A stretch of 36,285 nt of DNA from positions 1 to 36,285 of the forward strand of contig JWZX01001576.1 in assembly GCA_001275005.1 (NCBI GenBank), given 5' to 3'. The stretch's first letter is position 1. Each line of letters opens with the position of its first letter. Below the pieces are notes generated by a model, which saw only the letters and a program-made list of their open reading frames with translations, was not told the DNA's origin and ran no database searches. The DNA is from Chrysochromulina tobinii (taxonomy: Eukaryota). Positions 12,201 to 22,559 of the stretch are shown here, piece after piece. A program made the translations under genes and the position numbers.

Positions 12201-12715
12201 AGATGCAGCTCGTCGAGAGGCTCGCCGAGGTGCGAACGGCCAACCGGTCCCTTGCGGCGGATCTTCAGAGCCGTCTCGCAGTCTCGCGCTCCGAGTCAGC
12301 CGCGCTGCTGCTCGCGACGCCGCCGCCGCCGCGCCCTGCCATGGCGGTGGCGCCGCCGCCGCCGCCGCCGGTGCCGTCGGCGGCACGCGATGATGACGCG
12401 GCCGACGACGAGGAAGCGGTGGGCGGCGGGGGCGGCCGCGCCGTCCGAAATGGTGTTGGCGGTGGCGGCGGCGGGGTCCGCCGCCACAGCGAAGGCGCCG
12501 TGAGCGCGATCGCCTCGCCGCCCGCGGGTCCGTCGCGCCAGATCTCGATGCCGGCGCTCATGATCGGCTCCCCCGCTGGGTCCTTTTCGAACCACACCCC
12601 TCGTAAAGGAGGAGCCTTGGGCAGTGCGCGCGGACGCCTCAGCGAAATGCTCGGTTTGAAGGCGAAGGCCAAGGGGTCGGAAACGCCACGGGGGGAGGTT
12701 ATGCAGCAAATGTAG
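9266..12715 (+). CDS. VPS13-like / Chorein_N bridge-like lipid transfer protein, 1149 aa
   Basis: The N-terminus GGNVVIED...LRLGTMHVRKLAITIPWGNF...IDVELDGL fits Chorein_N. LTNVHIRYED...MALGLTIQRL and WLLRPIRVSGKV match the VPS13 N-terminal region. A probable coiled coil lies near the C-terminus. Confidence 0.8.
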   Translation: MFAFDGFIRRELDKLIGTAGDAKVSVKGGNVVIEDCHFDEAAFEDIIFPPTDPMLPPLRLGTMHVRKLAITIPWGNFSKGFIDVELDGLSINCYRRPLEEATSEMLRARREACVAGLMEQLISTLTAMTKDSKSKKKPKTKQDAKASKPATDEPDTGGGGPFGRFVRGIVRQVLQSFRPIVRLTNVHIRYEDLLSDTSSPMALGLTIQRLFIQHPDSPYSEMIEDPEMQPVKDVTSLELNLDGVGLYMHTASMGVQSVIGGGPAAQAAAEAAGSASNAKKLSAGEARRLAASGGGADDRTVGAMGALFGELMRGGDDGPHGPQQWLLRPIRVSGKVHVNVGVFIKAPTRWDWNHLAVANLTVSPIRLAVSEAQATSLVAAGAALAVMPARYLFVMLRPAVWNPRAVLRAAMNAVRMALITVSPSTRLRNAIRDRSKYQKVLVHALLELRKRDGSATPQLEDIKHVTSTDKLPLASVPMTLVDSARPQDALLEMDALSTPMQIAMWRIVAWSQAKEAAEQEKLQGKKGGRAASLLSGLSSAKKSVVNSDELMAASDAVTQIGDPGEEQGEDPLAGAPRHFNLVCANLRVLEISLKLVIDDSANHGSLTLEAGAKTGASSALAAKTVTTTTTTVNLDGSVTTTTSVTTFEPPVRDAPISTALGVRIGPIVARAWVAPKEGIRAHAAIGELVIEHSTARGGHRMQPLVCFPGETDIPDTSPLLGPPMPETEEPRPALFGFFGGGRKKTPPPPSPASEGGGPAGAPVASPPAVHAVVTLPPEQPPGEMPLDGSLKASIVIDRGDLRLAPHQLHELFLAYFTPLDRALDLMPGPALARDKLAELRLFTEGMLTKPWWAILSALPATAEGLSGAMPALMPLDITATIRHGLSLHILAEPPVDAEPLAPLVPLAMVRVPPLRIQLAPASSTEVKSEYKEVRIGLTLDGDVVLGAPKAPKPFRPFSGPEARPSVETSRMMPMLISEQMQLVERLAEVRTANRSLAADLQSRLAVSRSESAALLLATPPPPRPAMAVAPPPPPPVPSAARDDDAADDEEAVGGGGGRAVRNGVGGGGGGVRRHSEGAVSAIASPPAGPSRQISMPALMIGSPAGSFSNHTPRKGGALGSARGRLSEMLGLKAKAKGSETPRGEVMQQM

Positions 12716-12986
12716 CGCTGCGAGGAGCAATGAGCTCATACAATGACAAGGAGCGAAGGAGCCGGTCGTGTGTGCCATACAATACCGCGCCCTCATGGCT
12801 CATGTGTCATGAGGGCTCTCATCGGCGTGTCCCGCGATCAAGGCCACATACCTCAGATGTCAGCTGCAAAGCAGTCTCATACATGTACCAGTGGTAGTCG
12901 TCGGTTCCGAGCCATACAATGTCCTGCACAAACGCCCTAGTTACGTGTAAATCATTGACGAAACCTTGTGAAGTTTCGTTAACACG

Positions 12987-15900
12987 ATGTTCTTCCCTTT
13001 ATCGCCGGCCGCAGACGTGGTGGCTCTCGATGCAGGAAGGAGGTTGCTTGCGCACCAGAATTGCACCTGCCGTGAGCTCTCGTGGCAGCTGGCTCGCACT
13101 TGCGCCGGCGTGCTCGTCGGCACCCTCGAGCGCCAGCATGCCGCAGTCGTCGAGACTGTGGTGCTGGCAGCAGAGGCTAGCCGCGCAGCAGAATGGTGGC
13201 AGCTAGCAGCAGGCAGCCTCATCAGCGCGTCGCTGCTCTACCACCACGGTCGCTGGATGGTGTGGATCTTACTCTCGATAGGTATTCTTTCGGTGCAAGC
13301 GCTCTACGTAGGTTGGCAAACGTGCATGATCTTCTTCAACGTCGTCTTATGTGCGCTTCCGCCGCTGAGCTGCTGCTTCCGCCTCCGAAGCTCGGCTTGT
13401 TTGCTCCTGCCTGCTCCTCCTTGATCGAAGCTCACTGCCACGCGCCCTGCCCCGTGTCAGACACTTGGGTGCGCAACGTCGGCGTTGTGTTCTGGTTGTG
13501 CGAGTCATCATACCGCTGGGTGATGGGAGGAAGCATCCGCAGGCGGTGGCGGCTGCGCCGCCGGCTGATGCGTGCAGTCACGTGGCGCGAGTACTCGGCG
13601 GCGGGTTTGGAGCTCGATGAGCTCGATGGGCGCGATCCATGGCGCGACTCACCCGCAGGCTACGGAGCGTCGGGTGTGACGACCGCCGCTCGCCAGCTTC
13701 GAGAGGCTCGAGAGGCTGGGAAGCGCGAGCAGCTGATGCAGCTGATGAGCACCATGATGGTTCGTAACCACCTTCAAATCGACCGACCGGCGCTGCACAC
13801 CGAGTGCCGTGTGGGCACCAAGCGGTCCATCGAGCAGCTCGTCACAGAGCAGGTGGCCGCGCTTCGGTGGCTCGCACAGGCTGCCAGGCTCGACGCCAAG
13901 GCCGACGCCTCCTCAGTGCCAGCGGCCATCGACTTCTTCGAGCGCAGCATCGTATGCCTGGGGCACACGGCCCTTTGCCTCTCCGGCGGTGGCAGCCTCG
14001 CCATGTATCGTAAGCACTGCCGCAGTCGCAGCGCGCGCACCGCCGCCGATCCTCACGCGAGGCGAGATTGCGATCTTGAGTTCCTGAGATCCGCCGCCGC
14101 CGATCCTCACGTGTGGCGCACCCCAATTTCTCAAGATCTCAGCTCATAACTCGCTTGCATCTCGTGCCTGCCGGCCGCAGACATGGGCGTCATCAAGACC
14201 CTCATCGAGAACGAGTGCATGCCGAGCATCGTGACGGGCACCAGCGGAGGCGCCATCATCGCGGGTATGCTCGCCATCTCCTCGGACGAGGAGATGCTCG
14301 AAAAGGTCATCCAGCCGGACATTGCGGTGCGCTACCCAGAGCGCTGGTTCCCGCCCATGGAGCAGCAGCTGTTCAACTACGTGCGCAACGGCTGCCTCGT
14401 CGAGCACGACGAGTTCGCCAATTGCTGCCGTCGCTATTACGGCGACGTGACCTTCGAAGAGGCGTTTGCTCGCACGGGGCGCATTGCAAACATCAACATC
14501 TCGGTGGGCGCGCGCCAGGGCGGCGTGGGCAAAAAGGCGTTGCTGCTCAACCACCTGACGGCGCCGCATGTGCTCATACGGTCGGCCGTGCATGCGTCGT
14601 GCGCGCTGCCCACGGTGATGCACCCGACCAAGCTGCTCATGAAGGGTGCCAACGGCCAGATAGAGCAGTTCGAGAAGGAGTCCCTCGAGTTCATCGACGG
14701 ATCCTTCACAGCAGACATCCCACGCCGTAGGCTGAGCGAACTGTTCCACGTGACGCAGGACATTGTGTCACAGGTGAACCCGCACGTGGTTGCGATGCTG
14801 CACTCGCGCCAACCGGGCGCATCGGCTGCCTACTCGCCGCTCCATCGCGTGCAGCAGCACTTCCTCGGAGACGTGCTCCATCGGCTCAAATACCTCGCAC
14901 GGCTGCGGCTGCTGCCTGCCATGTACGGCCAGGACATCACCGCAGCGATGGAGCAGCGATACACGGGCGACGTGACCATCGTACCGCGGGTGGGTGGGCC
15001 CTACGCGATCATCAAAATGGTCCAGAATCCTTCGCGCGCCATGATGACGCGCTACATCGCCGAGGGGCAGCGCGCAACCTTCCTGAGGCTCTCGCACATT
15101 AGGCATCTCCTGTCACTCGAGCAGGCCCTCGAGGCTGGGCTCGCCACCCTTCATGCTGAGCGACGCAAGCTCGAGGCTCTGGGCATCCTGCCGCCCTCCG
15201 ACCCCCGGACCCCATCGGCGGGGCAGCTGCGCTCGGGCACGGCGCCGGCACCGCTGCTGCGCCGCTCGCTCTCGCTGCCCCTCGGGCGCGAGACGCGGGA
15301 GGCGAGGCAGAGAGCCGAGGCCGAGGCTGTGGCCATGGTATCCGCATCGGTCGGGTCCGGGGGTGTGCCTCGACTGGCCACGTGGAGCGGTCCGTCCCCT
15401 CCCCCTCACCCTACCCTGTCGGATGCCCCAGCCGCCGCGGCGCCGTCCCGAGCACTCGGCCGCGCCCACCGACGCGCTGTGTCGCACGCGAGCCGCCTTG
15501 ATGACTGGCCATCCGCGGGCGGCGCTCAGGGCATCGGCGCTCAGGGCATCGGCGCTCAGGGCATCGGCGCTCAGGGCGTCGCGGGCACAGCCGAGGCGGA
15601 ACCAACGGACCCTCGGCACGGAAGGTGGCTCTCGACCTTGGTCGACTCTCCCTCTGCCGAGGCTGCCGACGGCTCCTCTGAGCCTTCACCTACCCTCCGA
15701 CTGCCAGCCGCGGTGGCGCCGACCCCCCCCAACCCGCGCCAGACCCGCGCCTCCCCGCACGCGGCCAATTGTGAACGCGAGAGCGGCTCGCCGACACGAG
15801 AGCGAGCCCCGAACAGCGCCGGCGGAGCGGCCGACGACGATGCTCGCTCGAAGCGCCTCCTCTCCGAGTCCATCAAACACAACAAGGCGCTGCAGCAGCT

Positions 15901-16078
15901 GACGCGTGACAAGGCCGCGATGCAAAAGGTTCTCGACGAGCAAGCCGATCTTTTGCGCTCGACCGAAGCCGCCCGCGAACGTGCAGAGCGCCGCTCGGCC
16001 GTGCTCGAGGCGACCCTGCGCACGATTCAAAGCGCGGCCTCGTCGTCCTTGTGTTCAACCGAGGTGCCGGCGCGCTGA
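12987..16078 (+). CDS. Patatin-like triacylglycerol lipase (SDP1/TGL3-4 family); exons 12987-13350, 13461-14009, 14181-16078; 936 aa
   Basis: Splicing restores LCLSGGGSLAMYHMGV (oxyanion motif). GTSGG nucleophile elbow, FIDGS catalytic Asp and IVSQVNPH are present. A DUF3336-like segment (AVTWREY...LDELDG..PWR) and a hydrophobic N-terminal region precede them. Both introns are GT..CAG and phase-compatible. Confidence 0.9.
13351..13460 (+). other. Spliceosomal intron 1 of lipase (110 nt)
   Basis: GTGCGC...GTGTCAG; joins T+AC to give Tyr and links two ORFs in frame. Confidence 0.8.
14010..14180 (+). other. Spliceosomal intron 2 of lipase (171 nt)
   Basis: GTAAGC...CCGCAG; joins C+AC to give His in the conserved YHMGV motif. 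Contains an internal direct repeat ccgccgccgatcctcacg. Confidence 0.92.
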
Positions 16079-16540
16079 ACGCTAGGATTCCTAGGCCGAC
16101 ACGGAGCCTGTGGCCGTCCTAGGCTGACCGCACAGGCTTGAAGATTCGAGATGTGGCTGTCGTGAGCCGTACTATACGTACGGCGTCGATAAACGTAGGC
16201 GGGCGACAGTCACCGCTATAACTCAAGAGGTGGACCGCACAAGAGTCGCTGCCGGAGCGACCGGCTGGCTTGGCACTATTCGACGCTGGCACAGGCCACA
16301 GCCGTGTACGGTTTATACGGTACGTGCGTACGTCGCACCGCGAACACTTTCTGAACACGTAGCCGTACACCATTAAATTTAAAAAAATTTATGTACAAGC
16401 AGTCAAACACAAAAGATCCTCCCGTTAGGCCGTTTCGTCGTTTCCAAATTTGTGAACTTGATTGGAATTACGTCGCGTCGGCCTGCAACCTTTTTTCAGG
16501 TTCTGTGCTTCGGGGCTCGAACTGGAACTGTGCGGGAGTG

Positions 16541-17059
16541 ATGCCGAAGCAGCGGCAGAACGGCCTACGAGAGTGGGAGAAAGAGATGATGCTGTGCGAC
16601 AACGAGGTTGACGATCGGCTGTGGGATGGCGCTCATGACGATGGCTGGCGCATTGTTCCGAGGGCTGACGCTGAGGGATGTGCCCGTGGGACCATCCGGT
16701 ACACCTACGTGGCACCTTCGGGTGAGCGACTGAGGTCCAAGACGGCGGCATTCGCCGAACACGAGGGTACCAGACTGTTGCACCCTGCGACAAACGACGT
16801 GCAGATTTCTCCTTCCGCGGCCGCAGCAGTCCAAGAGGCCGACGAGGCCGGTCTAGTGCTCTTACCTTCAGATCGCTCAGCGACGGGCTATAAGAATGTG
16901 GTTCACATCCGCGGCATGCGCAAGCCCTTCAAAGCCGAGATGATGGTCAGCAAGAAGGTCATGAATCTGGGCTTCTTCTCGACGGCGGAAGAGGCAGCAC
17001 TCTGTTGCGCCCGACAACGCGCAGCGGTGCCAGCAGCGGCCCGATGCCTGCGCCTCTGA
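16541..17059 (+). CDS. Small putative DNA-binding protein with MBD-like and AP2-like domains
   Basis: GWRIVPR...RYTYVAPSGERLRSK resembles the methyl-CpG-binding domain fold. SATGYKNV...FKAE...NLGFFSTAEEAAL resembles AP2/ERF-type domains. Start uncertain (upstream in-frame ATG at 16391); may be degenerate. Confidence 0.6.
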   Translation: MPKQRQNGLREWEKEMMLCDNEVDDRLWDGAHDDGWRIVPRADAEGCARGTIRYTYVAPSGERLRSKTAAFAEHEGTRLLHPATNDVQISPSAAAAVQEADEAGLVLLPSDRSATGYKNVVHIRGMRKPFKAEMMVSKKVMNLGFFSTAEEAALCCARQRAAVPAAARCLRL

Positions 17060-18398
17060 CTCTTTTGCGACAGTGCGTTCCGACTGTGTGGACTTACATG
17101 TGGACGCGGATCCGGTAGCGACCAGGGGCGGCGCACACCCGGCGGTAGCGGCGGCGTCAGATCCGCAGCCTTCAGATCCGCCGCCGCTGCCGCCGGTTGC
17201 GCGGGCGATGCGGCCCTAGTGCAGAGAGGGTGTGGCCGAGGAAGGCATTCGGCTCTCGGTCACACGACATCGAAATGGAATCGAAATGGACTCGTTGCAC
17301 GTCGGCATCGACGATAGTTCACCCTGAGCTCGCACGAGTCAAGCCGCGAGCACTCGGTGGAGCCGATTGAGCGTGAGGATGTGTGCACTGGGCCACTGGC
17401 TATACTGCGGCAGCTGAAACGGCGTAACGCGGTACGCGGCTACACTGTAGTACGCGTCCCTGGCGCGCCTCCCGCTGGAGCACTATCGCTGCACCGCCAG
17501 CTCGCAGGAAGCTCGCAGGCGCAGCTGCGGCGTCGTGGAGCACAGTGATTGTGATCCGCGTGTGCTTCTCGCACGCTCGGAGGACGGGGTCACTCTCTCG
17601 ACGTAGCGGTGTGTGCATCATAAATTCATATGCCGATATGCGATATGATGGTGTGTGAGTGTGTGTCCGGTCGCTTTTGCGGAAATGGGTTGCGTTGTGT
17701 CTTGTGATATGATACCACAGTGCGGCGTACAAACGAAACAATTCAGCTCTCATGTGCTTCAATGAACTACGCCTGCTAAGAACCTGCACAGCTGAGCTCG
17801 CCTGCACTAGCTCGGCTCAGAGCTCGCAACCGTGAGATCGACGCACGCTGGTGGGCCCACAGGGGCCGCCTTGGGGAGGTTGGCTTCGCGCTTCGGTCGT
17901 GGCGCCGGGCATGGCGCTTGGGCTGCACCGTCCCGGTGACTCGGCTGACGGCGGGAAGGGCGACGGCCTGAGAAGCGCGTCGAGCATGGCTGGCATCGTT
18001 GCGATGGTGAGGTCGCCGTCCGCGGATAAGTCGCCCTGGTGTTCGCAGGGCAACGCGCTGTGGCCGCTGGCTATGGAGCGCGTGCGCTGCAGCCGGCGCC
18101 GCGTTGGGCACGTACGGGGCAGCGGGCGTGGCGCCGTCGAGAAGGTGCCGGCATCGGTATGGTGGAGTTGAACCAGTCGCTCGTGCCAACGCCTTCCGTG
18201 GAGCTGCAAAAAGTCCTCCGCACCGAGAGGTCTGCAAGCTGCTGCATCTCGAGCTCGAGATTGGACTACGAGATGGACGGCATTCCGTCTTTTGAGACGT
18301 TCTCCTTCATGGGGATGCCGCTCATGCGCAGTCCTTGAAGAGTGCCACACCGCTGGCCGAAGAAGCCGCCGCCTACGCCACCGCCGCCGCCTCCGCTT

Positions 18399-18434
<36 letters not shown>

Positions 18435-18435
<1 letters not shown>

Positions 18436-19286
18436 TACCGCCGAGGTAGCCACTGCCGAGCAACTCGTGGCCGCCGCCGCCCGTTGCCGCCGCTCAGGCC
18501 GCGGCCGAGAAGGCCGCCGCGGAAACCTGCCCCGCCGAAGCCGACCGACAGCTGCGCCGACAGCTGCGCCGACAGCTGCGCCGACAGCCCACGCGCGCTC
18601 AGGGCGGCGCTCAGGGCGGCGAGGTTGGAGGCGCCGAGGCCGGCGCCGAGGCCTGCACCGCCCATCCCCATGCAGTTCAGTCTGGCATGCGCGAGACTCT
18701 CTAGTTGCGAGAGGTGCTCCAGGGATGAGAGCCCATCCCAACCGCCCAGCCCGGCGCCGCCGAGCAGCCGCGACAACGCCGACGTGCCTGCGCGCGCCGC
18801 CACGCGAGGTTGGAAGGCGCGCGGAGGCAGTGCAACCGTTGCCACCTCCGCCGCCACCTCCGCCGCCGCCTGCTCCGCTTCCTCCGCCGCCGGCACCTTG
18901 CTGTGGTACTCCCCCCCTTGATGTGGTACTCCCGTTGGTGTGCTCGCGGGCGATGACGCGTGCAGCATTTCCATCAGCTGCTCCCCCGCACGGCACCTTG
19001 TTTGGGCGGCGGCGGAGCCTTGCTCTTGGTGTCGACTTTGATCGGCCGTCTTGCACTCTGTGTCGACGCGCTTCTGCATAAGCAAAGCCTGTACTTTTGG
19101 AGGTGCGACTTGATGCTCAGGCGAGTGGGGGCGTTCTCGCCGTGCAGGTCCATGATCGTCCATGATCTGGGCGATCGCCACGAGCCCAAGCTCGGCCACG
19201 GCGGCCTCGAAGCGAAGGTGGAGGTCGGGTGACCAGACAAAGTAGACGAATCGCTGCTTTTGCTGCGGGCCGGGCGGGGCATCTCA
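18435..19286 (-). pseudogene. Disrupted GARP/G2-like MYB (SHAQKYF class) transcription factor
   Basis: KQRF..VWSPDLHLRFEAAVAELGL lies in one frame and PTRLSIKSHLQKYRL in another. They are separated by a 10-nt duplication (GTCCATGATC x2, 19148-19167). A second shift occurs near 19085, and an in-frame TGA lies at 19284-19286. The true extent is probably larger (about 17800-20200). Confidence 0.75.
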
Positions 19287-20684
19287 TAGGCCACCCAGGC
19301 CGCCACCCAGGCCGCCGCCCGGGCCGCCGCCGAGGCCGCCGCCGAGGCCGCTGCCGAACTTTCCAGCCATGGCCCCACCGCCGCCGCCGCCGCCACCGAA
19401 GCCGGGGCCGCCACCCGGGCCTCCGACGAGGCCGCCGAAGCCACCGAGACCGGCGTTCGTAGGCACGCTGCGCGAACGCATGAGCGCGATGTCGCCGCCC
19501 AGGTCGCCGCCCGGGCCGCCGTCCAGGCCGCCGCCCAGGCCGCCAAAGCCACCGAGACCGCCACCCTTGCCGCCACCGTTGTCGCCGTCGCCGCCGCCAC
19601 TGCTGCCACCGTCGCCACCGTTGCCGCCGTGGCCCACGCCTCCATTGCCGTCCGCACCGCCGGACCCGGCCAGCAGCTGCTGAGCATATTGTGAAGTGAT
19701 CTGACTGACGAAGAGTCGCTTGTCTGAAGATGGACGAGGCGGCCCGCCGCCGCCGAGGCTCTGCAACCCAGAGCGCTCGCCAGAGCGCCGGTGCTCAAGC
19801 CGCCAGACAGGCTGCCGCCCAGCCCTCCCGAAAGACCCCCGCACTCAACGCACTCGGACGCATTGAGGCTGCTTGAGAGATTCGCCGCGAGGCTGCCGCT
19901 GCCGCGGGGGGCGCCACCAAGAGCACCGCCCGAGCCGGCCGCCGAGCCCGCTGCCAGCCGGAAGGTTGGTGGCGAGGCTCCCCGAAAGTCCTCCCGACAA
20001 CTCTCCCGTGAGGAGACCGCTCGGGTAGGCGCCGCGTTCCTATCCCGCCGCCGAGTCCGCCGCCGAGCCCACCGCTCAGGCCGCCGCTCAGGCGACCGCT
20101 CAGGCCGCCGCTTAGCGCGCCACTGAGGCTGCCGCTCAGGCTGCCGAGGAGTGCACTAGAGCCAACGAAGCCATCCGCGCGTTCCTGCGCATCGAGGGGA
20201 GGGAGCGCACACACTCAGTCGCGAATGCGTAATGTGGAGCCGTGACAAGAATGAGGGTGCACGCGCTTCACCAGCCCCCGACGATGATACAATGCGCCTG
20301 TACCAGCTGCGCGCGCCGAGGGCCGCGAGCACGACGAGCAGCGAGGTGGCAAGGGCGAGGCATCCGAGCAGTCGATTGGCAACCCACGCACGGGGATTCA
20401 GAAGGGCAAAACGGTCGGGCCGGGCGCCGGTGCTCTGTGAGAGCTCGACAGGCGACGTGGCGCTCTCGGCCGCGCACTAGCCGCGCGCACCTCTCGCTCG
20501 ATTGGGTAGCCGCCGCGCCCAGGAGAGGAGGGCACGAGAGGGGGCAAGGAGGCGGTCCTCGCCGAGCCAAGCGGTCGGAGTGCGTGTTCAGGAATCCGTT
20601 TAAGAATTTTTACGTTTCAAAAGAATCTAACGGAATGATTTTCAGCTTGGTCTTTTCAGTTCCTGCTTTCGCAGTAAAGTACCC

Positions 20685-21782
20685 ATGATGAAAGTGCTCA
20701 TCGCGATTCTTCTCGCCGCGCCAGTCGCCGCCGCCGCCACCGCAAATTTGCGTGGGCGCTTGGTGCATTGATGCACCGCAGATTAACCTGACCGCATTCG
20801 GCTTTCCAAGCTGTTTTAATGATTGTGGAGCGACCATCTTGGAGAAAGCATTTGGCTGCAACTTCTGTGCGCAACCGGAGGTGGCGCCATCAACACGGGT
20901 TGCGCCACTTCCTTATGCGCGGATTGCCTGGGACCTGGCAAGCAGCAGATGTGCGCCTTGTGCAACGCCTACAAACTAACTTTGACGCCGCCAAAATCCA
21001 TCTTTGATGCGTACACTTGCCCCTCCCTTGGGCCACTGACGTGCGACACGATCAGGGCGGGATTCGAGGGTTGCACCAACGACTGCAGCCAGGCTGACTA
21101 CAAGAACATCCTGACCGTTACTCTCCCCTTGTTCATGACTACTACCGCGGAGATTGCTCAGTACACCACTCTCCGGGATACCTGCACTGTCCTTCCTCCC
21201 AGTCCGCCGCCCCCGCCGCCGGCGGCGAAGGCCGCCGACCCATGCTTCCCCAGCGATGCGCTCGTCACGATGGTGGACGGCACGTCGCGCCGCCTCGACG
21301 CGCTCCGCGCGGGTGACACCATCGTCGCCGCCCGTGCCGACGGCGCCCTCACCAATGACATCGTCTCTCCTCTCTCCCTCGCCGACGCGGATGTGAAGGG
21401 CACAAGCTTTGTGGTCCTCACGACGGAGTCTGGCCGCGAACTCACGCTGACGCCCACGCACCACGTGCCGGTCGGCGCCACGTGCTGCGCCAACCTCAAG
21501 GAGGCCAAGGACATCGTTATCGGCGAGACTGTCTATGAGGCAGTTGTGAGCGCTGCCGTGCATGCCACGCAGGTCAAGAAGATTGGCTCGGTGACCAAGT
21601 CAGGCCTGCACTCGCCGGTGCTTACGCACGGCGCGATGCCGATCGTGAACGGCGTGGTGACGTCCTTTGACTCCATGGAGATCGTGCGCCTTGCCACCTA
21701 CGGGCTGCCCCTGCTCGAGGCGACTGGGCTCACCAACACCTTCCGTGATGCTGTCCTCGCCCAACGCAAGTACATTGCCTAA
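20685..21782 (+). CDS. Secreted Cys-rich protein with C-terminal Hint/Hog (Hedgehog-intein) autoprocessing domain; 5' structure unresolved
   Basis: DP|CFPSDALV (block A), LTLTPTHH (TxxH block B) and GLHSP...IVNGVVTS (C-terminal block). Signal-like MMKVLIAILLAA starts at 20685 and a PPSPPPP linker precedes the Hint domain. Frame continuity between 20720 and 20870 needs an intron or two frameshifts. Confidence 0.85.
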
Positions 21783-22559
21783 GCGGGTGAAGCTGGGCAC
21801 AGGCATTGGCAGCAGGGTGGTAAGATGCGGCCAAGGGGCCTAAGAGCAAGAGTCAAGCAAGATCTCCGCACAAGAGCAAGGCAAGATGGCGCAGTTGTAT
21901 CTGCGTAGTACGATGAGATGATGACGCCTCAACCCGGCGCCTGACGAGCCGTCCTTCCTGTTCTACTGTGTGGAGATCAGTTCTCTTGTGGGTCAATCAG
22001 ATCAATTCCAAGAGGGTTTCTGAGTCGCTGAGACGAGATTGATTCGAAGAATTGATGGGGTATCGCATTGAGTAAAGGGTCGGCGTAGCGTCGAGTGTCC
22101 CGCATGTCGGCCCATGGCTTTAAAAAGAATTGTAATGATTATATGATTAAAGTACACAAAATTATTTCGTGTCCCCTCTTGTCCACTGCGCACTGGATTC
22201 CACTTTCCAGTGTCGAGTTCAACTCTGGAACTCAGTTCGGGAGTTCGGTTAACGCACGGCAGGAAAATTTGGATTACCGGTTCTCACGTCGCGAGGTCGC
22301 AGTGGCGCGAACACATGCACCCGCCCCCGGAGTCTTAAATATTAATAACGTTACGGTACGTGTACGCGTCCCCGCCGTCCTGGACCTGCGTGCTGGGGAG
22401 TGGGGTCTGGGGTGTGAATGATCTTAGTATGATCGTCGCGGCGCGGTGTATGAACCGCCCCCCGTGTGCCGCGCGCCCCTGGGTACCCCCCTCGCTGTAA
22501 ACCACCGCGCGGTCGCGCGTAGCAGTCTTTATGTCTCTTAGTCTGACACGCAGTCTGAC

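Noticed and set aside
17139..17196. 18-bp inverted repeat or hairpin
   Set aside because: Made of low-complexity GGC/CCG triplets; likely chance at this GC content.
21243..21670. Hint domain as a true protein-splicing intein
   Set aside because: No terminal His-Asn plus nucleophile, no endonuclease and no conserved host protein; it fits the Hog type.
21960..22420. AT-rich intergenic patch as transposon or ncRNA
   Set aside because: No terminal repeats, coding remnants or RNA motifs that I can support.
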